Assembly (NCBI RefSeq): GCF_036321535.1
Contig: NC_087436.1
Coordinates: 64,916,001 to 64,980,000, forward strand
DNA length: 64,000 nucleotides
Direction of reading: 5' to 3'
Source of the DNA: Camelus dromedarius
Taxonomy: Eukaryota
The notes below the pieces were generated by a model, which did no database searches, was not told the origin of the DNA, and was given only the letters and a program-made list of their open reading frames with translations. The position numbers and the translations under genes are program-made. This document shows positions 24,211 through 38,100 of the stretch, piece after piece; position 1 is the first letter of the stretch, and every line of letters starts with the position of its first letter.

Positions 24211-24391
24211 ACGTGGGTCTCAAAGTGTGGTTGTCAGCCTAGCAGCATTGATATAACTTGTAAGATGTGCAAATTTTCAGACCCCAACCTAGAGCTACTG
24301 AATCAGAATCTCTGAGGATGAGGTCTGGCAATCTGTGTATTACACATTCTCCAGGTGATTTTGAGGCACACAAAAAAGTCAGATCCCTGGC
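24211..24391. mobile_element. MER5A hAT-Charlie DNA transposon
   Basis: tctcaaagtgtgg...agcagcat...gcaaattttcagacccc...ctactgaatcagaatctctg...ctccaggtgatt. Confidence 0.8.
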
Positions 24392-26094
24392 ACTATATTA
24401 TCTCTGTATCCTATTATATTAGCATTTGAAAATTTGAGAAGGAAATAAGTGTTACGGATATGCTGTTCCAACTTGGAACTTGCTAATCTGATGACACTTC
24501 TCTGAAGGCATTGTAATCATAGGCTAGATCAAAAAGAGAACTAGGAGATTCCCAGGCTAGTATCTGTGAAACCACTACACAGCTGAGGTGAGGAGAATCC
24601 AATGAACTAGGACTCTCGGCAGAGGAGCCCATGTGAGGAGGGGAAAGGTGGACCATCCCCAGTCGGGAGATCATATTTTAGATATTTAGCTGACCCTCTG
24701 GGAATTGTCAATTCTAATGCTCATTAGCAAAGGATTCTTCAGAGACTACTTTGGAAAATATTTGACATACAGGGCACTGTGGTAACTGTGATTTGCAAAA
24801 TGCGAAGTATTTGTTTCTTTTATTTTATCAACTTTAAATAGAATTTGCTTCTAACCCACTGTGGCCAGCATCTTGCAAGTTGGGCTACATACAGATGCCT
24901 GCCTACTACACTATAAATACTATTTCACAAGTGCATATTGAAGGTCTACACTAGACTAGGCAGTGGATAAGCAGTATACATTTCCTATTTGGGAAGGAAG
25001 AAAGAAGGAAGACACATATATGAAAAGAATTTAAGTTTAGTGTGGCCCTAGAATCTTAGACAATGGCAGAAGGGTAATATTTTGATTCTTGATTTTGCAT
25101 ACTAACTCCAAACTGTAAGCTGAAGGGTTAGGCATGAAATTGTCATTTATCACAAATCAATTTAAAATAAAGATGGTAAGCAGATGTGACATTATAACTG
25201 GAGGAAACAGAAGCAAAACTTAGATAATTTTACTTAAATGAACAGATGCATGGAAGAAAACAAAACCAGCAAAACAAACAAACATTCAAAATCAGAATTT
25301 TTGTAGTAAAAAATGAAGTAGAAAGGAACTGTGTTCCTAAATTGAGATGTCTATTGTGGTGAAGTGTTTTCTATTAGCTTCCTTGGCAAATATGTTTGTA
25401 GGCATCTGTGATCAGCGTAAAGGCTACTAGGTTCCAGCTCTGAGCTTTTCCCACATTTAGAACTCATTCATGCCTGGGTGTGGAAGGAATATTGCTACCC
25501 ATTTCAAGTTTCTGGACATTTACTATTCAAGATGGCAAGTGAATGTAGCAAATCTTGGAATGTAGCCACTGTGGCCATGTTTGTGGTTTCCACACTCCCG
25601 GAGTCTTTGGACGGCCAGAAAAAATTTGGCAGGACCAAGGTGGGTTCCCGCCAGTACTAGGGTTAAGCCTTGTTTGGACCAATTTTCTGAATATCTGGTT
25701 GATTCAGAATTTCCTTTTTATCACTAGTGTACAGTGTAGGGAAAATAGAGAAACAAATTAAAAAAGTTGGAAAAGAAAAGTTGTAGAGAAGCTTTCTTAG
25801 AGGTTTCCCATAAGTAGAACTGTAGAATTACAGAGTTGAATAAGTGCCCATTTAACCTCTTTTTACCATCTTTGGGCAATCTGTGTATTCGTAAGTCTCC
25901 CAGGTAATTCCAATACACATTAAAGTGTGAGAACCATGTGGATAGATTTAACCCTATTCACATATCTGCTCTTTCTCCTGTAATAGCATCTCTGCAATAT
26001 TGAATTTTAAAATCTTGATTATAGCTCTCCAGCAAAATGACATTTTTACAGAGAAATGTATAGTACACTATACATGAATGCTATAAGGCTGGAC

Positions 26095-26275
26095 AATAGA
26101 GCAGAGAAAGTACTGAGTTTGTAGCCAAAAGATCCAAGTTTGAATCCTGCCTGGGTCATTGATTACCTCTGCTACATTGGAAAACTCATTTAATATTTCT
26201 TAAACTCAGTTTTCATGGTTGCAAAGTGGGATAATAATTTCTTCTAACTCACAGCGATTGTGTTACTGATGAAAA
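26095..26275 (+). mobile_element. MIR SINE
   Basis: agtttgaatcctg...ctcagttttcatggttgcaaagtgggataataa. Confidence 0.6.
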
Positions 26276-26279
26276 AAAT

Positions 26280-26950
26280 TAATGTAGTCAACTGATATTT
26301 CTTGACCACCTACTGTGTATCTGGACTGGTACAAGAGCTGGAGTGAACAAGACATTGTCTTTCCCTCTAAGAAACAATAGGCAATACTAATAATATCCTT
26401 GGGTAAGCTGAGGAGAGAACCCATTCTGTGTACATAGTGATGGGCAAGAATCAGGAAGACTTCTCAAAGAGATGTTCTGTTGAGAGAAAGATGCAGATAG
26501 AGTAGGAATAAAAATTTGATAATAGAAGTGGGTGGTGGGTGGGGCCTTCTAGGTGAGGGAATAACATGAAAAAATTTGGCGTCAAGAAAGAGCATTGGGT
26601 GTTAATGGTACTGCACATAGTTGTTGTGCTCACTGAGGCAAAGGTAGAGTCCTGAATGAATATGTAAATAGCAGCCCAGTCAGTAAGGGCTTTATATACC
26701 ATAACGTTTGGCATGTCAAGCCAGCAGTGAGGAATTTTAAAAAGACAGTGGCATAATGGGATAGACATTTTATTAGATCTTTTGGCAATATTAAAATAGG
26801 ATGGGGAGGGATTCCATCTAGGTGGTTGTTGTGATAAATGAGGCAAAAGATAGCACTGACCTAAACTAAGACATTGACAATGGATAAGGCATGAAGTAGA
26901 CATCTGAGGTGATAAAGATACAGCCTAAATGTCATTTGGAAACTAATAGG
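26280..26950 (-). mobile_element. L2 LINE fragment
   Basis: cacctactgtgt...gtgaacaagaca, tcaggaagacttctcaaagag. Confidence 0.65.
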
Positions 26951-29874
26951 ATATGACTGAGAAAATGTTATATTACTACCAGTTTCCCAGACCTTGCCAA
27001 CCTATCATTACAAAATTATTTTTAATGCCCAGATTATCATGGGTTGAGCTCTCACTGGCCTAATTGTTAGCAATCCAACCTCTTCACAATGACTTTCACC
27101 CAAAGGAGATTTCCAGGGGGCTGCCTCATGTGTGATCAAAAATAAGTCCCTGAAGTCCTTCTGGTCTGTTGCTGTCCGTCACCTTATGATTGCCTGTTTT
27201 GCAGGTCATCCGATAGTCTCAGTCTTTGGACACACAGGTTTTCTACTGGGTTGGTTGTTGCGTTCCCCATCTAGTCCATGGTTCAGACCTCTGCTACTAT
27301 AACAGATGCATGGGACATCATCTGATTTGGGGATGCTAATGATACTACAAAGTGCAGATGAGACCAGTTTTAAGAATATTTTTCAGAAGATCTAGGGAAC
27401 TAGGTTCTAGGGAAATACAACACAGAAATTGATTTTTACAATATGAGGGTTCCAACTTATTTTAGGATTCCTTATCCTGCCTTCTTGCCCACTGTTCTTC
27501 ATGTGGTCAGGAGTATCTGAACTCCTGAAATTTACCAGGATCTCCACATCTTGTATTCAGACTACATCTATAGAGAGATATAAGTGTTCCTCTCACCCTC
27601 AATTCAGGCTTGCACCCTCACTCGTGATTTATTTCTGGAGCCTGAATGATAGCATGTACATTTTCCCTTAGGAGAAACCTCATCTCCATTCCCAGTTTTA
27701 TGTTTTGTTCCCATGGCCTCAACAAGACAACATAACATAATAGTAAAACATCATTCTATTTCTCAGAGTCTAGATTGTTTGGTTTTAAACATGAACAGTC
27801 TTATCCTGTGGGCTAAGAAAGCAGACATAGTTTAGTTTCCTTTTTGCCTCATTTCACCAGTGATTTAATAACCTTGGGGGTTAAAACTCATTCATGGTCC
27901 TCTTGTTGCTTATATATAAGTACTTTTGTTAACTGTAATACACTATATAAACATAAACGCTATTAGTTTGATGTAAAAACCAAAGTCTAAATTATTTACT
28001 ACAATTCAGTGGATACTAAAACAGGTTATTGCTTATACAGAGTATGATGATGTAAGATTTGATTTTATAAGACACCAGAAATAACAATATCTGAAACACA
28101 ATCTGTTTATGACAGCTTGCCTCACTAAGTCACCAAAATCCTAAGCAGACATGATTTTCACTGAAATTACCTGATAATAAATTTTCAGTAAGGTGAAATG
28201 AAAAGGAATTATAATACCTTTGTCAGACTCATTCTTATTCTTTTTATCTTTTTACAGAATGAGCACTACTCTTTTCCTGAAGCTAAAAAGAATTTGTGTA
28301 TCCATTTTTCTCAAAATTAGCACCAAAAATACTTACATATCAGGGTCCTAAAATCTGTACGGTATGAGTCACATGGCAAACATTTCTAGCTTCTAGAAAC
28401 TGATCATTTAAGCTAAGTAATACTAATACAGGCAGATAAAATAATTTATTAAAAACAATCAGAATAAAGAATAATACATCATTTGGTAAGTAAGGATATA
28501 AACACTTCAAAATGAATACAGAGGCTCTGCAGTGGGAAAGAGAAAAGAAATTCCTTTATCTGGGGTTCAAATGAAAAAGCATTATCCATAAAGTCCACGG
28601 AATGTTGGAGGTGGGGGAGGACTTCTTTACACAAAAAAGCATTCCCACACCACCAGCCCCACCAGGCCCATTTTCTCCATAAAACTTAGGACGTTAGCTC
28701 TTTACCTTCAAACCTACTTGGCCGTACCTTCCTAGTGAGTGAAACTCCTTTATTCTAGATCCCTTTTTCCTCTCTTGCCCTATTAGTTCTCAGCCCACTG
28801 AAATGATTTTCTGTCCTTCTGAGAATCTTTTTTCTGGTGCTCAACTTTCTGTTTCTATATCAAGTCACTTGGGTCCCTCTACTTCCGGTACTGATTGGCG
28901 ATAACAGGTGGAAGGGAGGTTGGAAGTGGTTCGCTGACCATGGACTGGCCTCAGGGTAACAGATAAGAGATGATCCAATTTTTCTCAGTGTCCAGAAAGT
29001 TCCTGCTTTCTTGTTGTCTCTATGGTATTGAAAATGATGTCTTTCTCCTTCTGTGCTCAAGAAGGGGGCAGGAAGATGGACCAAAAGCTGCTCTACCTGC
29101 CCAGGGAGAGTTCCTTCAGTCTTTACCACTCCTTCTCTCCATAGTAGATAAAAAGGAACTCACTGGAACCACTGCTTGCAGCATGGCAGGGAGTTTCCCT
29201 GCCCACCTAGCTAGCTGTCTGTGGGACTGTGGAAACCTGTTATTTCTTGCTTTGCTTTATAAATTGCTACTTTATAAATTCTCCTTTGAATATACTCATT
29301 CTTCTGCCATGGTCTTGGATTCTTAATTTGTCTTCCTTGAGATACAGTGATTACATTAAAGCTTCCTACTTGCTTCACTGAATATATTCTACCAATGAGG
29401 GCTTGTCCTGGCACAAATGAGATGGAAAATGTTCCATTGCCATCCATGCTTGAGGGAATGTAGGGCCTCTCTCAGGTTTCTACGCTCCTCATTCCCTTCC
29501 TTCTCAGTATCCACACTGCACTACCTGTTGCGTATACTGTAGTTATTGCCAGATTGAGAGGCGGTGGACATTCCTCTCTGAACTAATTTGTGAATGCGTA
29601 GTAGAAGGATACACAGCCTTAGCAGCCCTGATTATGGCTTCAGACTTTACATTATAAACTAGTAAGAATTCTCTAACTGTTCTAATATGAAACGTGGGTC
29701 TTCTTGCATTTGTCTGCTAAAATTCTTTTGTGAGACTCACTGTCCTTTTGCAGCTTCTGATCCTGCATCTGCACATCACAGAATTTTTTTCTGTTACATA
29801 TATAACCAAAACCAGATGTATTTGCTGGCATATCTCCTACACATTTTTAGGTTAAAAGAGTATCTTTCTCTGCA

Positions 29875-30358
29875 TTACTCAAGACTCTTAATGCCTTGTA
29901 AATGACAGACTCCCAATCAAAATTGGCTTAAGCAAAATTAAACTTACTGGGTCTCCTAGCTAGGAAGTCCAGTGGCTTCACAATGCAAACAGTGTCATTA
30001 GAACTCATTGTATCTTCCATCATTTCTTGGCTTGCTTTTACATTTTTCATTCCAAGTAGTAACAAGATGATTGTAGGATCTCCAGTTCTTACATAACCTC
30101 AGGCCTCACAGAAAAGAATAGGAATATCATTTCCAGAAATGAGAGCAAAATCTCCTTCCATCTCATAAGCTCAGTTTGGGTTATATGTTTATCTCTTAAC
30201 CATTACTGTGGCCAGGCAAATGCAATTTGAAATTTCCAGGTCTGTCCCACAGTATTGGAAGATGGACTCAACTCTAACAGAAGCAAATGGACTGAGAAGA
30301 AAATTGGGGTGTAGTTATCAGAAAGTGCTGGACAACAGAAAACAATAGATGTTCACTG
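29875..30358 (-). mobile_element. Old MaLR LTR (MLT1J/K/L-like)
   Basis: aatgacagac...tggcttaagcaaaa...ggaagtccag and aaccattactgtggccagg. Confidence 0.6.
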
Positions 30359-31225
30359 GCGTCTCCCTTACCTTGTATGTAGCAGGATCCAGGAAAGAAA
30401 TGGGTTGAAAAAATATAATGACCCAAATTAAGAAAAAAAAAAAAAAAAAGATGGCACCATAGGGAATATTTAGTTTAGCAAATATTTGAAAAGAAGCTAA
30501 CTGGCATAGAATGGTCTTCTGGACATTAAGATTTTGAGAAAGACAAAAATGTAGCAAGAAGTTGTTGGGTGTTCAATACATGATACATTTTTAAAGCTCA
30601 GCAACTGTCCTAAGCAAAAAAGATTTCCAACATCAAGAAGGAAATGTTTGACTACGATGTAGCAATTACAGTTCTTCCAGGAGTTATCACCTTTAAATGG
30701 TCCAGACATTCTCCTTTGTATTGACATGGGTAACATTTTAAAATGCCATTGCCTATTAACTACAGTCTATGTATTCATTAAAAAAATACCTTTGACATAT
30801 ACTCTAAAGTACTGCTACAAACGGTAAATGAAAAGAACAGATTGTCTACATTTTACTTTATTTAAAACAATTTTAAAACAGTTCCAGAGGGAGCAAGTAA
30901 AATAATAAGAAAATATATCCATTAATAAAATTTGGATTATAGAATTTTGGCAAATAAAAACCTTCCAAAGCTCAGTAATTCAGACAGACATAAAAGATAA
31001 CATTTTCCCTCCACATATATATTTTTTAATAAATTATTTTCTAGCAGATGAGCAATTTTTCATCCAATGTCTGTACTTTTAACAGTGAGTGTATAAACTG
31101 AGAAGAAAATTATGACACATGAGTAGTGAAATATCCTAGATTAGGGTTACCTTTCTTGATGGGAGGAACCCAAATCTTCATAATCAAGAGTGCAAAAGTT
31201 GAATTTTGAAGTGTTATGGCCAAGT

Positions 31226-31604
31226 TTATTATGGGTTAAATTGCATGCCCCTCCAAATTCATATTTTGAAGTCCTAATCCCTAGTACCTTAGAATGTAAC
31301 CATATTTGGAGATTAAGTCTTTAAAAAGGGTGATTAAATTAAAATGAAGTCTTTATGGTGGACCCGAATCCAGTATGACTGATCTTATAAGAAGAGGAAA
31401 TTTGGACACAGAGACTGACACCAGAAGAAGATCACGTCTCCTCAGAAGGAGAAGGCCATCTATAGGGCAAGGAAAAAGACCTCAGAAGAACTAAACATGC
31501 TGTTATCTTGATCTCAGACTTCAGATTTATGAGATAATAAATTTCTTTTCTTTAAGCTACCTAAGTGGGTTATTTTGTTATGACAGCTCTAACAAACTAA
31601 TACA
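31226..31604 (+). mobile_element. MLT1B-like MaLR solo LTR
   Basis: ttatgggttaaattg...gaagtcctaatccctagtacc...cttataagaagaggaaatttggacacaga...aataaatttc...caaactaataca. Confidence 0.85.
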
Positions 31605-31739
31605 AGGCTTAAAAACACTGGAGTCCCTGATAGAATAATAAATAATTGATAAGTATTTCCCTGATCTAGATAGTGTATCACCATTCATTGAGTAAGCATT
31701 GCGACTGGCCCATAATAAACAAAAGGAAAATTCTGTGAG

Positions 31740-32470
31740 ATGGAACAGTAGAGTAAATAACATCTAGAGTGTGTAGAGCTTTGTTAGTTCTTGAACTTGA
31801 TCCAAAAAATGATAAAAATTTATTGAAGGGAGTGACAAAATTAGACATGCCTTTTAGGAAGTTCAGTCGATGGTAGTAAGGATGGATTAGATACGATCAA
31901 GAGTGGATTCATGGAAACCTGAAAGGAATACATTTTAGGTAAGAAATCAGCCTTCTCTCCACAAGAAGTAATGGGAATGGAAAGAAATGGAGACATTTAG
32001 GTAATATGTCAGAGTACTTAACAAGACTTAGCTAGAGGATATAAATAAGAAATGTTAGGGAGGAATCAAGGACAATGATCAGGTTCTAATTGAAGAACTT
32101 ATTTGACATATAGCGAAATGGGAAAACTGGAATAGGAGCAAGTTTTAGGGGATGATTATACCTCTAAGTCAAAGAATATTAATTACTGATAGAGTTGTTA
32201 AATGTCCTTGAGGGTGAAGAGCCAGTAAGATAGGAGAAAAAATAAGAAAATCTTTTGTTATTGAAGCTAAGGAAAGGAAGTGTTCAAAGCATTAGTTAGT
32301 GGTAAATCATGTCAGATAACACTGGGCGTTTGGTGGGAGGGTCAAATGAGATGTGGCCTGAAAGATGACCATTAGATGAATTGGCATGAAGGTCTCAAGA
32401 GATACAGTGAGAAATTTCTGGCAAGAATTGAAGAGTCATAGAAGGGGAAGAAATGTAGACAAGAAAGAAG
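31740..32470 (-). mobile_element. L2 LINE fragment
   Basis: gaggaatcaaggacaatgatcagg, ggaataggagcaagttttagggg, gaagctaaggaaaggaagtgttcaa. Confidence 0.6.
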
Positions 32471-33964
32471 TTAACTTGGTCATTTGAACCTCTCTTTCCT
32501 TATTCTGCCTCTATGCATGTCTTTCCTATTTTCCCCATCTCCACCTCCAAGTAAAGAAGCGTCGTTCATATGATTGGTTAGAGCCCAGGGCACTAATTGA
32601 GTTACATTTTATTGGAGTGGGGGCTGATTTGCTGTGTTTTAAAGTTTAGCATCTCTGTACAGAGGCTTGTTTTTCTACTGTCAATCCTAGGTAGGATCTA
32701 AATACTAGGACAAATCATGCTGAGTCTCTATTTGTTCTCTATATTCTGACCACTGAAAATGGGTATAAGTACAGTGCCCATTCTCCAGTTCTGCTTTTTC
32801 TTATTGAGCAGAGAAGAAGAACATGGCCTCACATAGGTCTTCAGAGATAAAGCTAATTCTTCAAGCTAATTTGGAGCATGTGAGTTAAGTAGGCTATCAA
32901 ATTCTTGCCTACTCTTAATAAAGTGATATACTTTCTGTTGAGACCTTGCTGCAGAGAGTTAATAGATTAGGATTTAAGCAATCCTGGTTCCCTTGTTCTG
33001 AATACTGTGTAATTCCAACCAAACCTCACACTTCAACTTTTAACAAAGGGCAGGGGATAGAAGACAGTAACCCCATGAGGAAATGTGATCAAATGATTTT
33101 TTTAAGGTGGATATAAAGGAGGTAATAGACAGGAGAGGTTAATAATATAGGAGAGATGATGAGTAAATATATTATTTTCTTAGTGGAATGAGATTAGGAT
33201 ACAGCTGGAGGGGTTGCACACATACTCCGTTATAAAAAGACAAAGGTTAACAAAGAGCAGCTACAAATACAGATAAGAGGTTAAGAATTGTTCAGATCTG
33301 GTAATTTCTAGCTTCTTGGTGAAATAGGGTCATCCATTGAGAGTGACAAATGAAGGCTTGTCAGAGGATGGAGGAGAGTAGAGAAGCTTTTTTTTTTAAC
33401 TAAATTAATAAAAATTTTGGTGTAAATGTAAAAAAAAAGTCATTAAACAGAAGATTCTCTTGTATTTTGAAAATTAAAAGCTGTCACTTCAGTGTGTAAT
33501 AGTATGCTCATCCCAGGATTTTTAAAAGAACCCAATACTTGGAATAGTCTTTTAATTCTTAGATGTTCTTAAATCTCATATAATCTTTTCATTTTTGGCC
33601 CAAACTTTTCCCAGATGATGTCAGGACTTCTCAATAATATATTGCCAATGTTTCCCAATGTCTGGACTTAATAAAAAACATAACTGAACATCCAAATGTG
33701 CCATATATGAGTAAGTTGGGTCTATATTTTCTTTTTTTTATTTAAAAATGTTTCTTTACCAAATTAGGTTCTATAGTATAGCTTTGGTTACATAAATATG
33801 GAAAAATATGTTCAGTGACAAATTTTGGTGTAACCCAAGGTCATAGAAAATTTAATGTAGGAAGATCTTAAGAATGTATTAAATTATTATTATTATTTTT
33901 TGCTTTATAAGAACCAGATTAAATATCCTTAGGGGTTGGGGGACCACTGCATTGTTTTGTAGTA

Positions 33965-34080
33965 ACTATGATATCTACATATATATATGTGTGTGTAAAT
34001 GTATATATGTATATGTGTGTAAATGTATGTGTGTATGTTAAATTAGGCCTGATATATACATATGTAAATATATATACAAA
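33965..34080. repeat. (TA)/(TG) microsatellite
   Basis: Directly visible. Confidence 0.85.
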
Positions 34081-34869
34081 TTAAATAATAATTCTGACTG
34101 CTATTGCTATCAAGTTGATTAAAAAAAGAAAGAGAAAACCTTAAATTCTGTTTTTGCTAAAGTTTGCTCAGCTTTTCCTGGGATAGTGCCACCATTTCAG
34201 GCCTGGGGCTGAACAGGAGTTAAATGGTGCATAGGCATACATTAACATGTCTCGCAAGTCCAGTATTCCTTGTTTCTCTCTTCATGCCCTCTTCCACTTT
34301 TTCTGTGCTAGGATTGAGGAGCTTCTGTTCTTTACGTGGATGCCTCTCCTTCCTGGTGACTTGATGGAGCATGTAGCTATTTCTATTTGATACATCACTC
34401 TTAAAGGGCTGAAGGATAAATAAAAGAAAAAAATGACTACATAATTTTTGAGCCCTGGAGAAGAGATCAATCATGTTTGAGTTTATATTTGTTCATTAAG
34501 GAAAATTTTTCTTCAGACAGGGAAGGCTGTGGAGTGCTAGTAAGAAGAATGGTGCACTAACCACTATGCCTGTAGAAACAAGGTTTTGACCAGTTTGGAA
34601 AGAGGGGACTGGAAGGGAGCATATTCTCTTCCTAGGACTAGTTGCCGGTGAATATACCATGTGGACAATGAATAGCATCAACAGATACTAGGAGAGATTA
34701 ATGAATGGAGGCTGCCTCTGATATTTATTTTCTGGGCTATGAAACCACTGAGTTCTGGATCACTGGAAAGAAAAAAAACTCACAATGACTAGTAAGTGGA
34801 GGTCTGGTATGTAGACCATATTTGTTTTGGCAAAAGAAAATGTCAGTACCTGCACATTGAGTGCTATGA

Positions 34870-35110
34870 GGCAATTCATATGTGTTAGGACTTACTGCTA
34901 AGCACTTACTTAATTTTAAGCAATGTTCTAAGTATTGTGGATTGAATGTTGAACAAGACAAAATTCATTCTCTTACGGAATTTATATTCTGATGGGGTAG
35001 CCAGACTGTAAGCAAATAAATGGGTATATAGCATTATGTCAAGTAACAGTAAGTTGTTATGAAAAAAAAGTAAAGTAAAAGTATATATGTGTTGGGGAGA
35101 GTGACTATTT
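34870..35110 (-). mobile_element. L2 3' end fragment
   Basis: tgaacaagacaaaattc...tttatattctgatgggg...agtaagttgttatgaaaaaa. Confidence 0.65.
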
Positions 35111-35154
35111 TAAATACTATATATACACATACAATATATTTATAATATATAGTA

Positions 35155-38100
35155 TTTTTTTAAGTTGAGGTGAAGTTACACAGGGTGAAACTTGTGATTT
35201 GAGTTTGGCAAACATAAAACCTGTGTAACTAATATCCCAGTAAAGATATTGAGTATTACGATCACCTCAAAATATTTCCACCTGTGTCTCTGCAGTCACT
35301 CTTCACCCATAAAGGCAAAGATGATCTGATTTTCATCAACATAGATCAGTTTTGCCTCCTGTTGAATTTCATACAAATGAAGTCATACTCTTGTTTGCTT
35401 CCGTTGATCAGCCTAAATGTTACTGAGATTTATGCAAGTTGCATATTAACATTTCATTCTTTTTTCATTGTTAAATAGTAATCCATTGATGTATACTTCA
35501 GAATTTGTTTGTCCAGTCTCATTTTGATGGGAATTTTCCAAGTAGGGTTGTTTCCAAGTAGGGGCTCTTATGAATTAAGCTGTTATGACATTCTTATATA
35601 ATTCTTTTTGTAGACATATGTTTTCCATGCTTTTGGGTGAATGCTTAGAATTTTAATTATATTTAAATTTATAAGAAACTATCAAACTATTTTTCAAAGT
35701 AGTTGTATCATTTTACATTCCCACTGGGGATAGCAATGTATCAGAGCCCTTGTTTCTCCAAATCCTCTCCAACATTCATTGTTATCAGTCTTTTGAACTT
35801 TAGCCATTCTTGTGGGTGTAAAGTGATACCTCATCATGATTTCAATTTTCATTTTCCTTCAGGCAAATGATTTTTAAACCTCGTATGCTTATTAACACAC
35901 ATTATATTCTTCTCTTGTGAAGTATCTGATCAAGTTCTCTGTCAATTTTTTTAAGCCTTTTAGGGTTGTTTTATTATGTATTTATAAACATTCTTTATAC
36001 ATTCTGGATATAAATCCTTTGTCAGATACATGCATTTTCAGCATTGAGTATGTATACATTAGGTGTTTTTGTTATCATTAATTTTTCCCATTTCTCTGTG
36101 CTTTTCATTCTTTTTTTATTTTCTCCTTGTTTTCCTGCATCATTGATTTCTGCTCTTACCTTATTATTTCATTATTCCACTTAGTTTGGGTTTAATTTTC
36201 TTCTATTAATGTAGATTTTTAAATGAGAAGCTTAGCCTATTGATATTATTTAAGTTATGGTTCTAATAGAAGCATTTTAAAGCTGTAAATCCACAGGTGG
36301 TACTTTTTAAACTGCACTGTATTTCATTGTGTTTTCACAATCATTCCGTTTGAAAAAATTTGCTCATATGACCCATGCCTTATTTAGCAGTGTTGTTTAC
36401 TTTCAAAATATGGGTTTTTAAGATGTTTGACTGTTAACTGATTTTGAATATGTTTTAGTTATGGTCACAAAACACTATGGACATTTTCAGTCTTTTGAAA
36501 TTTATTGAGACCTTTTATATAGCTCAGTATATTGTTTGTCTTGGTAAATGTTACATGTGCAGATAGAAGGTGTGTGAATGTGTATCCTGTAGTTTTGGGC
36601 TGAAGTGTTCTATAAATATTAGTTAACTCATGTTGGTTGATAATTCAAATCTTCTATATCCTTACTGAATTTTTTTGTCTAGTTGATCTACCAATTATTA
36701 GAAAATGAAAATGCTTCCAATAAAGATTTTAATTTTTCCTCTCTCTCAGTAGCACTGTGAGCTTTTCCTTCAAGTGTTTTGAAGCTCTATTTTTTAGGTC
36801 TGTATATTTAAAAGATTATGTTTTTCAGATGATAGTTACCTTTTATAGTCTGAAATATACTTATTTATCTCTGAAAATATTTCCTGTCTTCAAGTGTGTT
36901 TTGATATTAATTTAGCTAAACAAAATGGGTGGTATTTTTTTTTTTTTGTCATACTTTTTTCTTTCTACACTTCATCTCATATTTCAAATGCATTTGTTGA
37001 CAACAGAATATAGTAGGGTCTTCTTTCCTTTTAATCCAATCTGACAACCTCTCAAAATAGTAGTGTTTAATAGATTTATATTTAATGCAATTATTCCTAT
37101 GATTGGGATTTTGATATATCACCATAGTGTTTATTTTCCATTTGTTCCATCTTTTAAAATGTAATTTTTGTTGTTTCTTCCTTCCTTTTTTTCTGTGTTC
37201 ATTATTTCAAATTAACCACTCCTCCTCTTTTTTGGATTCCATTTTAACTCGTTTAAAGCCTTTATAATTGTAACTCTTTAATTTCTTTTTTCTAGTAGTT
37301 GTTCTAGTTATTACAATGTGCATCTTTAACATACTAAAGTCTGCTTTTAGTTAACATTGTACCACTTTATGTGAAATGTAAGAACCTCGTAAAAGTATAA
37401 TTCCATTTATGCCTTTCAACCTTTTTGCTACTTTTATCATAAATAATTTCACTTCTGTGTGCAGTATTACCGTATAGGATACTGTTATCTTTTTTTTTCA
37501 TTGACCAGTCTTAAAAGAGGAAAACAATTTTTATATTTGTCTGTATATTTATATTTCCTGTATTTTTTAGTTTCATTTGATAAAATTTCTTTAGCATTTA
37601 TATTCATTTAAGGCCCTTTGGCAATGTGTTTTTTTCAGTTTTTGTTTATCTCAAAATGTTTTCATTTGTATTGGGTATAGAATCCTGCATTGGCACACTT
37701 TAAAGCAGTTTTTCCATTATCTTTGATAAGGAGTCAGTCATATTTTGTATATAATGTGTTTCTCCTTTGGCTGTTTTTATTCTGTCTGCTTTATCATACG
37801 TCTTCGGCAATTTGCCTATGATACACCTAGGTGTGGTTTTCTTTTTATCATGCTTAGATTTTAGGATCTGTAGTTTAGATTTTCTACACAAATTTTGAAA
37901 CTTTTTGACAAGTACTTCAAGTTTTTTCCATCTAATTTTGGATCCCTCTTTTTTAGAGATGCAAACTATATATATGGTTAGATCACTTGAGATTATCCAA
38001 CAAATCACTTAGAACCTGTTCATTTTTTTTCCCCAATCTTTTTTTTCTCTCCTTTAGAATAATTCTATGGCTCTGACTTCATATTAACTGACCATTTCTT

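Noticed and set aside
26451..26903. 150-aa ORF
   Set aside because: Entirely within a decayed L2; no recognisable intact domain.
28258..28361. Exon-like segment with a strong acceptor (similar 34-nt case at 22488-22521)
   Set aside because: The 28258 segment has stops in all frames and only a moderate donor; neither links to a recognisable gene model.
37700..38008. 102-aa ORF as a host gene
   Set aside because: Decayed L1 ORF1p relic.
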